From NCBI GenBank assembly GCA_051453625.1, contig JBOZIK010000001.1, forward strand, positions 36,694,799 to 36,755,469: a DNA stretch of 60,671 bases. The letters run 5' to 3'. Under the pieces are notes generated by a model. That model had not been told where the DNA came from, did no database searches, and saw only the letters and a list, made by a program, of their open reading frames with translations. This DNA is from Welwitschia mirabilis (lineage: Eukaryota). A program made the position numbers and the translations under genes. Shown here in pieces: positions 14,690-28,480 of this stretch. Each line of letters starts with the position of its first letter. Position 1 is the first letter of the stretch.

Positions 14690-17629
14690 TTTAATAAATG
14701 TGTCCTTAATGGCACAACCATAATTTTAACAAGGATCAATCTTTACATTCCATTGCAAAGATGTAACAACTTCTTTGGCATTTTTTAACGTAAATGCCTA
14801 AATCAAGTATCCAATGTACTTCCTTTGAGTTAGGATTATTTCATTATTTCTTTGTTCAATTTCTACACGAAGGTAGAATCCAGCTAATCCTAGATCAAAA
14901 TTTTTAAATGCCTTACTTAAAGCAATCTTCATATGATTCACATCTGCTTCATTGCTACAAGTTATTAACATGTCATCTAACATAAATTACTATATCTGTA
15001 GATTTGTTTTTATTAGATTTGATGAACAATATAGCATCCACATTCTGATAGTCACACAGTTTAAATTCATTGGTACTCAAGTAACTAGTTGGCTTAGTGT
15101 TCCATGAGCACGAGGGTTGTTTTGGCCTATATATTGACTTAATCAATATACAAACGTTGTATTCGTTATCTTTCACTTTAAAGACCTTTAGGTGCATCAT
15201 ATGTATCTCTTCTTTAGGATCTTCATTGAGACATATAGTTTGAGTATTTGACTAGTGCATCTTCCAACTCTTCTAAGATGCTAAGGCAATCACACTTTTG
15301 ATGGTAGTCCATTTAGCTATCAGCGTAAAGACTTCATTATAGCCTAATTCTTTTCTTTGTTATAGGGCTATAGCAACAAGTCAAGAGTTGTAACGTTTAA
15401 GTATATTATCTACTTATTATGAAAAACCCATTCATTAGGTAATGCATTGTAACCTAACAGAAGATCAACCAACTCCCATGTACTATTTTCTACAAGTGCA
15501 TTATATTCTTCTTTCATATATTGTACCCAGTGATCATGTAGAACGACATCTTTAAAGGAGGTTGGTGCTCCATGAAAAGTAAGATGATGCTCGTCATTAT
15601 CATCAAGGGATGCATGACAACTCTTCCTTATTCTAGTTTTCTCCTTTCATTATCACAAACATCTTGTAGAGTAGATTCTAATCAAGTGCTTCATGTTTGT
15701 CTTTGGGATATATCATCTTTAGAAGATATCAGCATTCTTGTTAGGAAAAATCTAATGAGTTACTATTAGAACAATCTCTATATGTGCTAGACATAAAAAG
15801 AATCTTAATTCCTCTAGGTTGTATTATGAACAAACCATTTTAGATAAAAGGAATTGAGAAATTACGAATGGTGGACACATCTCTCCCCTCAACCATAGGA
15901 CATTAAACAACCAAAATTTTCATAGGACAAGAAGAAGGATAAAGCATAGAGAGATCTAGTTGTAAAACATTCTATAAGGTTTTAGAAAAGATTACATCAT
16001 GAGAAACAATGATCTTATTATGCTTAGGAATGTACACAAAATATACTTTCAGATCAATTGGATATCCCACAAAAATGGCAGCATAAGCATGTACACCAAG
16101 CTTAGCAAGATGTTTAGTAGGAATATAGACATAGGGCTTACATTCCGATGCATGAAGATGGTTTAGAGTAGGCTTGTATTCATTATATTCCATTTCTCAA
16201 TAGGGAAAACACCCTTATTAGAAGCACAATCAATATAATTATTGAGATAAACTATAGTACTAGTACCTTTACCCCATAAGTAGGACCTACATCCATTAAA
16301 TTATATCATTAAATGTGCCACACCCATGATGGTTCAATTAACCCATTCAGAGATGCCATTTTATTAAGGTATTCATGAGCATCTCTTTAGATGATGAGTG
16401 CCTTCTAATTCAAAAAAGTCCTTTAATTTAGCTGATTTGTATTCTCCACCATAATCAGAATGGAAATCCTTAATCTTATTAGTAGATTCCTTTTCCACTT
16501 TTTTTTTTTTAAAAAATCTTCAAAAGATTTAAAGCAAGATATTTGGATCCCATAAGATACATGCAAGCCATTCTTAGAAAATCATTTGTAAAGGATATGA
16601 AGTAGCAATAGCCTCAGAGTGTAGGGACTAACAAAGGGTTACATAGATCACTTTAAATGAGCAAAAGATTTTGATTAGCATACCACTTGCTAGGAGAAAA
16701 TCACTTTCATGTTGCCTTACCTATTATACATGTTTTGCATTGAGGAAAATCATGTGAAATGAAGAGTAAAAGTTGATATCCATCCTCATACATTAGACTC
16801 AATGAAATAGAATTGGAATAACCTAAGAAAGCATGCCATAAAAGTGATAGGAAGATTTATTGTGAAACATGGTATGCAATTTCCCACACACTAACACATC
16901 CATGAAGATACATAATTTTTCCATACATGTAGCCCTTTGTGATAATATTCTAAAAAGCATGAAAAATGTCAATAGAACCCTTTATTATGGTGAGAAAGTG
17001 GTCTTTTATAATCAATGTGGAAAGAGAGAGAAGATGTAACCTCAAAGAGGGAACATACAAAACATGAGAGACCATTTGATATAAGAAAGAATGCAATTAA
17101 AAGGTAAGTGTACCATAACCTTTCATAGAAACTAGAGTTCTATCTACTAATAAACTTAACTAGGTTATACTATCAAGTCTTAAAAATAGTTATGCTTGTA
17201 TGTCACATGCCTGATTATACTAGTAGCTACAATTCAAGATTCATCATAAGGTATGTATTCATTGATACATACAAATTTATGACTTTGAAAAATAGCATTG
17301 GATTCATAGCATTTAATATTATCCAGGAACTAGAATCATAAGTGACTACATTCAACTTAGAAGTAGCTTTGATTTTGTCCCAAGAAATCTAATAATAATA
17401 TTTAATAAGACCTTATGTTTTGCATCATAAACGCTAATATGTCTTCTTCTTCAAAGCAACATTGATGTGGTTTCTAAAAATTTAGAAGATGAAGTTGCTT
17501 GTTACTTATAAGGAGCTTTACTATTATCATAATGTTTGACATTAGAAGGGCATTTGATTGAAGACCCTTATTGAGTGTATCAAAGGTCATTTGCTATAGT
17601 CACGAACTACCATGCACTCATATATTATA
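14690..17629 (-). mobile_element. Decayed Ty1/copia pol (protease-integrase-RT), truncated before RNase H
   Basis: On the minus strand: protease-like *IVATSIIRHVT (~17200-17240); integrase HSDYGGEY (~16440-16465) and AIFVGYP..KVY; RT LIKSIYRPKQPSCSW and IVIYV/DDMLITCS..KAFKNFDLG..FYLRVEI..LTQRKYI. Domain order PR-IN-RT is copia-type. Confidence 0.9.
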
Positions 17630-20600
17630 CGCTAGAAGAAATATAGGTGTTTAAGGCATTTCTAACACACCTTAAAAGGCCTTAAAAAACGCCTTAAAAA
17701 GTGTCACCTTAAAAGCCCAAAAACGCCTTAAAACATATTTTAAGGCTTTTTTTTAAGAAACACCTCNNNNNNNNNNNNNNNNNNNNNNNNNNNNNNNNNN
17801 NNNNNNNNNNNNNNNNNNNNNNNNNNNNNNNNNNNNNNNNNNNNNNNNNNNNNNNNNNNNNNNNNNNNNNNNNNNNNNNNNNNNNNNNNNNNNNNNNNNN
17901 NNNNNNNNNNNNNNNNNNNNNNNNNNNNNNNNNNNNNNNNNNNNNNNNNNNNNNNNNNNNNNNNNNNNNNNNNNNNNNNNNNNNNNNNNNNNNNNNNNNN
18001 NNNNNNNNNNNNNNNNNNNNNNNNNNNNNNNNNNNNNNNNNNNNNNNNNNNNNNNNNNNNNNNNNNNNNNNNNNNNNNNNNNNNNNNNNNNNNNNNNNNN
18101 NNNNNNNNNNNNNNNNNNNNNNNNNNNNNNNNNNNNNNNNNNNNNNNNNNNNNNNNNNNNNNNNNNNNNNNNNNNNNNNNNNNNNNNNNNNNNNNNNNNN
18201 NNNNNNNNNNNNNNNNNNNNNNNNNNNNNNNNNNNNNNNNNNNNNNNNNNNNNNNNNNNNNNNNNNNNNNNNNNNNNNNNNNNNNNNNNNNNNNNNNNNN
18301 NNNNNNNNNNNNNNNNNNNNNNNNNNNNNNNNNNNNNNNNNNNNNNNNNNNNNNNNNNNNNNNNNNNNNNNNNNNNNNNNNNNNNNNNNNNNNNNNNNNN
18401 NNNNNNNNNNNNNNNNNNNNNNNNNNNNNNNNNNNNNNNNNNNNNNNNNNNNNNNNNNNNNNNNNNNNNNNNNNNNNNNNNNNNNNNNNNNNNNNNNNNN
18501 NNNNNNNNNNNNNNNNNNNNNNNNNNNNNNNNNNNNNNNNNNNNNNNNNNNNNNNNNNNNNNNNNNNNNNNNNNNNNNNNNNNNNNNNNNNCAAGAGCAA
18601 TTGCTCATCCAAAGTAGTGCACATTGAAATCAACATGCTGTTTGTGTTATGAAACTCAAATACGTATTGCTAAGCTATAAAAGCTAATACAATCTGCACA
18701 ACCTACACTTAATTAACCATGATGAATATTATGGACATTCCAAGGGAGTTTAACTTCAACATTTACAAATTTCAAACCAAAGTCGAAGAAATAAAAAAAT
18801 TGCTCAAATCTATTTTATGATTTTCTTGAATGGTCTAAATCCTAAATGAAAGGGACGGCAAAGGTTAATTTGAATAGTAATATCGACCAATGCTCAAAAA
18901 GTCATTAAGAATAATCGATATCCTGAGGACATTAGAGAATGGTTGTTTGAATTCATTTACCAAAACTACTTTTAAATAACACTCATAAGGCCGTCAAAAC
19001 CAACAGTTACACTCAAGTAGTGTTACTACAGACAGACTCATGCCAAAGGTAAAAAATATACATGGGAACTAGTGAAATAAATAGTATAATAAAACCCTAG
19101 TTGTCATACTCAGAATTACCCCATCTGCATGGAACTATAAATCACTCAAACTTGTTATAAGTCTAATGAGTTTGAAAGCAATGGAGAAGACATGTCCATT
19201 CAGATACCTTGTGATATCCTTTGCTTAGCTACACAGTTTTCTTAAAGGTTGAAAAATAAAGTGAATAGACAAGTGTCAGAACAAGGTATTGTAGTGTAAG
19301 AAGCACAACAATATATAAAGAGAGAATGCAAAGTAGAGGAAAGCAAATATATCATCAATCAATTATAGTGTCAAAAGTCAAAAGCAATGGACCATATTTA
19401 GAATTATAAGAAAAAAGTTGTTAAAAATAACGCATGAAGAAAAAAGCAAATCAATCAATCAAAGAGAAAAACACCATCTAACAAGCCAGTTAAATCACAG
19501 AACAATGGCAAACTTTTAAAAGAAATGTGTACATAATGCAACCAATTTTATGTGGTTTAAGACTTATGTCAAGACTTAAGATTACTATGTAGAAGCCAAC
19601 ATTAGGATACAAGTACAAATATATGGAATTGATGGGATGTTTAATGGAAGCACTAATACCTTTAAATCAATTAATATCTTGATAACCATAGTAGTGAGTT
19701 GACAACTTGAAATAAGTAGGCTCAAAATAAAGGAACATGGGGCCTATAAGAGCCAACATCATGCAGCTCTCCATTTAATGAAATGTACAACACTCTAATG
19801 AAAGGCCATAGTGGTACTCAGCTCTTTTGACCCCACAACATGCTATGGTGGTTGTACTTAAATCCTGAAAAGCAAGTTGTGAGAATAGATCACTCATATG
19901 GTAATGTTGAGTGATTGTAAAACTGTAAAAAGGAAANNNNNNNNNNNNNNNNNNNNNNNNNNNNNNNNNNNNNNNNNNNNNNNNNNNNNNNNNNNNNNNN
20001 NNNNNNNNNNNNNNNNNNNNNNNNNNNNNNNNNNNNNNNNNNNNNNNNNNNNNNNNNNNNNNNNNNNNNNNNNNNNNNNNNNNNNNNNNNNNNNNNNNNN
20101 NNNNNNNNNNNNNNNNNNNNNNNNNNNNNNNNNNNNNNNNNNNNNNNNNNNNNNNNNNNNNNNNNNNNNNNNNNNNNNNNNNNNNNNNNNNNNNNNNNNN
20201 NNNNNNNNNNNNNNNNNNNNNNNNNNNNNNNNNNNNNNNNNNNNNNNNNNNNNNNNNNNNNNNNNNNNNNNNNNNNNNNNNNNNNNNNNNNNNNNNNNNN
20301 NNNNNNNNNNNNNNNNNNNNNNNNNNNNNNNNNNNNNNNNNNNNNNNNNNNNNNNNNNNNNNNNNNNNNNNNNNNNNNNNNNNNNNNNNNNNNNNNNNNN
20401 NNNNNNNNNNNNNNNNNNNNNNNNNNNNNNNNNNNNNNNNNNNNNNNNNNNNNNNNNNNNNNNNNNNNNNNNNNNNNNNNNNNNNNNNNNNNNNNNNNNN
20501 NNNNNNNNNNNNNNNNNNNNNNNNNNNNNNNNNNNNNNNNNNNNNNNNNNNNNNNNNNNNNNNNNNNNNNNNNNNNNNNNNNNNNNNNNNNNNNNNNNNN

Positions 20601-23600
20601 NNNNNNNNNNNNNNNNNNNNNNNNNNNNNNNNNNNNNNNNNNNNNNNNNNNNNNNNNNNNNNNNNNNNNNNNNNNNNNNNNNNNNNNNNNNNNNNNNNNN
20701 NNNNNNNNNNNNNNNNNNNNNNNNNNNNNNNNNNNNNNNNNNNNNNNNNNNNNNNNNNNNNNNNNNNNNNNNNNNNNNNNNNNNNNNNNNNNCAAAGGTA
20801 AATCTTCCAACTACTACGAGCACAAGGAAATCATAAATGCTTCTCAATTAGCTGGAAATGAGTTAGAGGTTATGGAAAATGGAATCAAGCAACAGAACAT
20901 GTGAAAGTATAGGGGGCTTAATTTAAGCTAGTTTCTTCATTGTGACTCAAAGAGGTTTCTCACATTGAAATTCTTATAATCACACAATTAAAATAATTTT
21001 GTAAAAAAAATATCATATTAATTGTTATGAGGAAAATAGGGGCTCAATTTATCTTTATAACCATTTTTACTGTTAACACATTTATGCCTTTTCCACTTTG
21101 TTTCACTTTCCTTCCTTTCTAAAAGTAATAGGCAACCTTTAGAAAGGACATTAAGGCTAAGCATTTCCAAATAATCTTTTGAATGATTTATAAATCTCAA
21201 TGAAAGAGTAGTTTAAATTTACACTTGTAAGAATGTAAATGTTACGCTCTTTTGAGACTTGGTTGTCATAGTTGTAATGTTTATTTCACACATGATAGAT
21301 GTGAGTTTGATTTTTCACCAACTAAAAATCCAATCGTGTTGATAACCTCCTTGTAAATGTAGCTAATCATGGTCATACTATGCAACCACCAGAGATTCGA
21401 AGGGTTCCCAGCATTGACAATAGTTTATTACATTCTAATTCATTGGCGCCTAATGGAGCTGCTTTATCTTCTGTGCATTTTTCAACTGATAGTGCTTCCT
21501 TGATGTGTAGATTGTTCATTTGATTTTCTTTTAATTGATTCCTTAAGCATATGCTTAATTTGGTTGTTCAATTGTAGACATTAAAATTATATTTTAAAAA
21601 AAGTTCAATTTTTAACATCTGAAAAGTTGGTACAAACTCAATGCAGAGAAACAAAGGATATTGCTTCAAATGTTCGGTTGCCTTTAACACTAATAATCTC
21701 ATGCAAAAGCTATGGATTCTCTCGTAGGCAATAACACACATGGGTTGAGTAACCCACCTGGATTGATTCCTTGAAATTTAGTCTCTCTGATTTAGAACAA
21801 GTTACAGGTGAGGGATCATATCTTGTGAAGGACTTAGTATTCCAATATATAGTTTTCTTAAAGATTGAAAGATTAACCTTTCATTATTCTCAAATTTATT
21901 ATTTTGAGATTAGTGTGCTAGTTTGAAACAGAAGTTTTGATTATTTGCATACAACTATTAGCTTGCATTCAATTTCCCCCCTTTTTCTTTTGTAACAACC
22001 ACGAGGGAGTTGTTTTCTGCATATTTTTCACAAAATGTCATGTTGAATATGAAAAGGGAATCCTCATAAGAGGATATCAGAGTTTGTATTCCCTTGTACG
22101 AGGATTGAATAGCATGAAGACGAGGGTGCCAGCTAATTCCCAAATGTGGGAGATTGTAGTATAGCTCTTCTTTCCCAATACTCAAAGGAATATTTCCATA
22201 AAGGATGAGTATTTCAAAAAGATTTATCTCTAACAGTGTTACATGGCAACCCTGTAAACTTCTAAGGAATGATTATGGCCACCTAAAAAGAATTATGAAT
22301 TATTCAAGCAAAGAAAATCTGTGCAGGACTAACACCATCAGCAATCCTCTCTAGAGTGATGATGGAAATGCCACCGTAACACATCTTAGAAAGGAGGTTT
22401 TTGCGGGTGCATCGAGACACCCCTGAAAATAGTGCAAAAATTCCTCCTCTCGCATTGGAGATGCACCAAAAGAAAATTTTCAGTGAGAGGGAAGAACGTG
22501 CCAGGGCAAAAGAGGGTTAAAATGCACTTTCGCATTCCCTCAAGAAAACATGGGGTTTCACAGGTGATGATCTGAACAGACGGCATTCACAAGTGATGAT
22601 AAAATCACTGAGATCTTGAAAGGAGAATTATTTATGATGCTTCAAAATGCACTGCAAGGTTTCGTGGTGGAGAAGGGAGGAGTCGTGCTGGCAGTCAGAA
22701 AATAAGAATTAGAAGACTTGTGTTCATGAGATTTTAAGATGTATGAGAAATTGCCATTTGGTTAAAATGCCCTGAGTGTCATGTTGGCATAAAAGATCTT
22801 GACCGCTGACATCTCTTCATTGAAGGTTGTTCATAACAGGGTGTATTTAGATGAGCATGCAAACCTCTGTTGGAAACGCTCTCTAATTTAAATGTTGAAT
22901 TCATCCCCTGAAATTATTTGAACTACTTGCAAAAAAGGGAACCATTTTCCTGTAATAAGTTTAGACATGGAGATTAGCTATTAAGAAAATTTTATTTACA
23001 CTAAGGGCAGATGTATATTGTTTTTAGTTTCAAATGGGCCAATGAATTTTCTTGGATATTATGTTGGTATAAATGGTTTTGACCTATAAACATCTCTAAT
23101 GAAATATTTTTTTATGTAGGAACACATCAACAGAGGCATGCAAATTCATGCCAAGAAGGTTTTCTGATGTAAAAATTGAATTTTCTTTTTGCAATTATTT
23201 CAAGTAATTGCAAATGGAATTAGTTTCCTATAATACATTATTCATGTAGACACCTCTCTTTATCAGAGTATATAATTGAATTACAGAAGAATCGTGTCAA
23301 TGGTAAAACCACTTGCATATCTCTCTTTTGTTCTATGTTAATGATCAGACAGGCCCATATAGAAGAATCCCAGTCTCTTTCTTTCTCCGTAGTATGGTTG
23401 CTAGGAATTGATAGTATAAAGTCTCGTTCATGAATTCTTTGAAACCTGTGGGTTTAAGTGGTAACAAATAAAGGGCATTAAACGTTAAAAGAGCAGAATC
23501 CTACAGTGAAACAGATGCCATGCCAAAATGTCACAGTGAAACAGATGCCATGAGGCAGAAAGAAGTTTAATGAATTCACTTACAGCAATGCCAAAATGTC

Positions 23601-26600
23601 ACCGTTATTAATTGCATTTCTAGATGCTTCATCCAAATACAGATGATGATGCCTTGTAATCAGAATTGTTTGTGTGAAACTAGAAATAAGCTCTAGAAAT
23701 CACTCACATTAAACTTCTTTGAGAACATTGTCAACATAGGATTTCTGGTTAAAAAAATGCTTGGATTTCTGGTTAAGAAACAACATCAAATTCTCAGGAC
23801 TTATCATAGCCTCCTATGCAACCAAAATGTGCATTATGCATGTAAATATCAAATCATGGGCTGTAAGCATGAGCCTTCCAGAAACACAGATTTGTCCTTT
23901 TCTTGACTTCCAAACTGAGTTGAAGAGGATGCGGCTAGCCAATGTTATTAATGAAGCAATGTCAAAAAGCAGAGGCCAAGCATGTAATCAAACATCAAAT
24001 TGGCACATTACTACGAAATTGTCACCGGAACTTTGATGATAGGTTCGACGATGAGGTTGGATTTAAGAATGCCAAAAACCATGCTAAAAAATCAATGAAA
24101 TAAAAAGGAAAGGGATAAAGACAAGCATAGGCATTGTATGAGGATAAAAAATTCAGTTGAAATCTTAACGTGCCATTTTCCTAACCTTAGCAATTGCAAA
24201 AACGAATAGATGCAGGCACTGACAATTAAATCTTCCCAGCGGAGTCCAGCTAAATCTAAATGATTGCTAAAAGGACGAAAATAATTGACACATTAAAAGA
24301 ACAAAAAGAATGGCCTTAATAATCTCTTAAGGACTGTAAATTGTTCATCCTCACTTGTTAATCTTCGCTACTGTCAGCATGGTCAAGCAATGTGAAAGCT
24401 CTGTTTAAGGGAGTGCCTTCTAATAGATCGATTATTACGAGCGAAGTATTAAAAACAAGTGTAAACCAAGAAAAAACTCAGGACAAATCGAAGCTGATGG
24501 ACATGAAAATCTAACTAAAAGGGGTTTAAGAAATCAAACGCCTATGAATGCATCATTATGTATAAATCATTTTAGAAAGGAATGAACGAAAGACATGATT
24601 TGGGTTGCATTATACTAAACAAATAAAAGCAAACAATTGAGCCATTAGCTGAACACAAAACAATGTGCCTCATACTTGAGAGAAAAAGAAGAGCCAAAAT
24701 ACTACCCCTCATAATTGGAAACGGACAGTTAATATTAACTAATACAATCAGCTATAAACCTCTTTTCAAAATTTCTAGCAATTATCTCGTAGGTCACAAG
24801 TAATTCTTGAAATAGCAATCATAAATTAAGGCTAAGGCTTAGGTAACATGAAATTTATCCATCCAATAACATTTTCACTAAGATTTAGAATTGAAAAACA
24901 GAGATATCCATAAATCATGCTTGATTTTCTTAAAATAAGAGGCAATTTTGTTATGAAGGATTTGTAGCATAAGGTTATTGAGAAATACAAAGGACGTTCT
25001 CATTATGACCGTGAAGGAAAGCACTGTAGAGATCATTCTTTTATCAGAAGCCTTGCTTACTAGGATTTATAGTTTTAGAGAGCAAGCGCCTCCTGCTCAA
25101 AACTATCATCTGCATCATGTTCTATTAAGTCCTCAAGTCCAGCTCATACCATTTATTCCATTTTGATAATGCCACATGCTCCTCCAGCCCATCATCCATT
25201 AATGTGGACTTCAGATATCTCCAACAGTGAGACGTCCTGCATAAAGCCTGCTACAACACCATGCTGGAATTAAAAGATTAAGAAGAAAAGCGGTGCCCTT
25301 TTCTTTTCAAGATCTTTAAAGAAACTCATATATATTATGGGATACATTAACATGAATGCACTACGACTGTTGTCAGCATGCTAAGAATGTTTAACCCTCG
25401 TTATTAAAGTAGTGAATAAAGATTTGAAATGTCTTTAAAATAAATGTTTGCCTTACAACACATTTTGTAAGAAGTATTGAATTTGGAAACTGAAACTTAG
25501 AGGCTTGAACCTTCGCTACTTTCTGTGAAGATAGTGCATGAATACATAATGTCTTAACTCTCCAAGCACAGTAAGTGAATTCCTTGCACGAGTAAGCATT
25601 ATAAGAGTTGCAAAGGCCTGATTCAGAATGCATTTGAAACTATCTCCCTTTTATTCATAGCTTTTGGAAGTATCATCTTGTGCCTGTAAATCTCAACTAC
25701 CTGTGAACCAAAAACCTTCGTGACACTAGACTTCAATGGCAAGATCACCGACCATGGTTTCTTCCCTTCCACACTCTAGTAGCTGAACAAATCAACATGG
25801 TAACCATTTCGACCTTCACATTGTAACTTTAGAAGTTATTATATATATAATAATAATAAAAAAAACTAGCTTAACTAAGAAACCTATTCCATCTTCATTA
25901 CAAATGTTCATTTCAAGAAACCTAGCTTTGCTTAGAATCTAGTACTTCCTTTTATTTGTTTTCATTACATTACTGCATAGCGCAGTTTCTTATTTTACTA
26001 GTGGATTTTAGCTTCTTTTTAGTAGTCGAAGCTTTTGCTCACATTGAAACCGTTGTGTATGCAAACTAGACACCAATGTTTCATTTTGGAAAGGTCTTTG
26101 CAATGGAAGGGCGTCTCCATTCAATTTCGAATATGAATCTACAAACATTCTTGAGAAAAACTCAAGATATAGAATAGTACAAGCATCGCAAAGAGNNNNN
26201 NNNNNNNNNNNNNNNNNNNNNNNNNNNNNNNNNNNNNNNNNNNNNNNNNNNNNNNNNNNNNNNNNNNNNNNNNNNNNNNNNNNNNNNNNNNNNNNAATGA
26301 CAGGTTTGATGATGAGGTTGGATTTAAGAATGCCAAAAACCATGCAAAAGCTACGAAATAAAAAGGAAAGGGATAAAGACAATCATAGGCATTGAATGAG
26401 GATAAAAAATTTAGTTAAAATCTTAATGTGACATTTTCCTAGCCTTAGTAATTGCAAAACAAATAGATGCAGGCACTGATTGATGAAGCCAATGTTCCAG
26501 CACGTTATAGTTGTCTTTGACATGAACTTCATGGATGATGTTCAATGGTTGGTGTCACATCTTGTAAGCCAAGATAATAAAGTAATAATTAAATCTTCCT

Positions 26601-27659
26601 AGTGGAGTCCAGCCAAATCTAAATGATTGCTAAAAGGACGAAAATAATTGATACATAAAAGGAACAAAAAGAATGTCCTTAAGAGTCAGGACTGTAACTT
26701 GTTCATCCTCACTTGTTAATCTTTGCTACTGTCAGCGTGGTTAAGCAATTTGAAAGCTATGTTTAAGGGAGTATCTTCTAATAGATTGATTATTATGAGT
26801 GAAGTATTAAAAATAAGTGTAAACCAAGTAAAAACTTAGGATGAATTGAAGCTGATGGACATGAAAATCTGACTAAAATAGGTTTAGAAAATCAAATGCC
26901 TATAAATGCATCATTACGTATAAATCATTTTAGAAAGGAACAAATGAAATACATGATTTGGGTTGCATTATACTAAATAAATAAAAGCAAATAATTACAT
27001 TATCATGCAATGTAGTTTCTTACTTTACTGGTGGATTTCAGCTTCTTTTGAGTAGTCGAAGCTTTTGCTGGCATTGAAACCCTTGCGTATGTAAACTAGA
27101 CACCAATGTTTAATTTTGGAAAGGTCTTTGCAATGGAAAGGCAGCTCCATTAGATTTCGAACATGAATATACAAGCATTCCTTGAGAAACAATCAATATA
27201 TAGAATAGTAAAAGCATCGCAAAGAGTTCTAAATCCCTTAACATTTCTATGCTATTCTTCTCCCTCAAAGTAGAGTAGCTGTCAGGTTTTAAAAAAATTG
27301 CTAATTGTAAAGGCTTTTGTATACTGCTACTTCAGTATGCAATACAAGTGGCAAATAGCAAGCATCGAGCGACCAGAAGGGAAACCAACAACTAGCAGCA
27401 AGAAAGTAGCAAGCGGATTGAGGGTTTGAAGGAGAAGCAAATGGACTAAGCGATCCTTTTTTTCTGTGTTTTAAGAAGAGATGTGTGCGAGGTTTTTTTA
27501 AACCTTTTTAGGTGGCCTTTTTTAAGGTGTTTGTTGGGATAAATGCCTTAGTAGCAGTTAAAACATTTATTTAAACAAGCGCCTTAAAAAGGTTACTATA
27601 TTTTCTTTTCAAGGTATTTATTTTAATAAACGCCTTAAAAGACTACATTTCTTATAGGG
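17630..27659. mobile_element. CACTA (En/Spm) DNA transposon, about 10 kb, apparently non-autonomous
   Basis: Left end CGCTAGAAGAAATATAGGTGTTTAAGGC matches the reverse complement of the right end CCCTATAAGAAATGTAGTCTTTTAAGGC at 22/28 positions, and both resemble CACTACAAGAAA. TSD ATA lies at 17627-17629 and 27660-27662. Subterminal (C)GCCTTAAAA repeats occur in both orientations at 17650-17750 and 27510-27640. No transposase seen in the non-N sequence. Confidence 0.85.
24037..27225. repeat. Diverged internal direct duplication inside the CACTA element
   Basis: 24037-24638 matches 26297-26997 (GATGAGGTTGGATTTAAGAATGCCAAAAACCATGC...) and 25965-26195 matches 26995-27225. The copies carry reciprocal indels. 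Confidence 0.9.
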
Positions 27660-27662
27660 ATA

Positions 27663-28480
27663 GCTATGTAAAGGTGGATCCTATGAACAACATCTAACCA
27701 AGTTAATGTAATGTATGCATACTTAGTTTTGTGGCTCAATTTCAGCAACCTTCACCATGATATCAGTCATTTGTGGAATTAACTATCACATCTTTCCTTT
27801 CTCATAATGAAATTTATTCATGCTTATGATGAGATTGATAAGCTCTAAACCATTCTTTAAATAGAATGTATCCTCTAATGTAATGAACTTGGTATAGCTA
27901 GTCTTACTATGATCACCAAATTCTTATGCCATAAAGCCACAAATTTTCCCGTAATCTCTATTAACTTATTATTGATGGATTTCCAAGAATTGTCTTCCTC
28001 TAGGGGTTGAAGAGGAACATGTGCTTTCTCAAAATAGTCTGTTAAAACCATATATGCATTAGGTGGACATGAAACTTCCATACTAATCTTTTCAACTCTA
28101 ATAATCCTAAAGAGTAACTCTAATATTTGCAATGATTCTAGTTGTCAAAATTAGTGTGAACAATTTTAATAGCATCTAAAACTTGCCCTTCAAGGTTATC
28201 ATAATTGATGTGAGCTGAAGAAGAAATGATAAGTTATGACATATAGTCGATTTTTAGAATGATCTTACTCACATTCACAACTAAACAATGGATCTATCCT
28301 TTACACAAAGAACACCTTTCAATTCGAGAAAAGAAAGAAATGATAGGAAAATGAAATGATATAGTTGATTTTAATAGAATCTTGCTCACAACTACAAGTT
28401 CTAATAATCTATCCAAGTTAGAATGAGTGTGAAAAAGAAAATGATGAAACTAACCCTAACAAACGCATGTGCAAGGAAAA
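27663..28480 (-). mobile_element. Probable gag/5' region of the copia element interrupted by the CACTA insertion
   Basis: Lies directly beyond the CACTA TSD, in the position expected for gag upstream of the protease at ~17200. Decayed minus-strand ORF at 27875-28132. No diagnostic motif recognised. Confidence 0.45.

Noticed and set aside
17640..17766. GCCTTAAAA arrays first read as hAT subterminal repeats
   Set aside because: There is no 8-bp TSD. The inverted match extends to CACTA-like ends with a 3-bp TSD, so the element was called CACTA.
17709..20847. Long ORFs of about 300 aa in the ORF track (similar ones at 9194-10641 and 54695-55396)
   Set aside because: Their length comes from reading through N runs.
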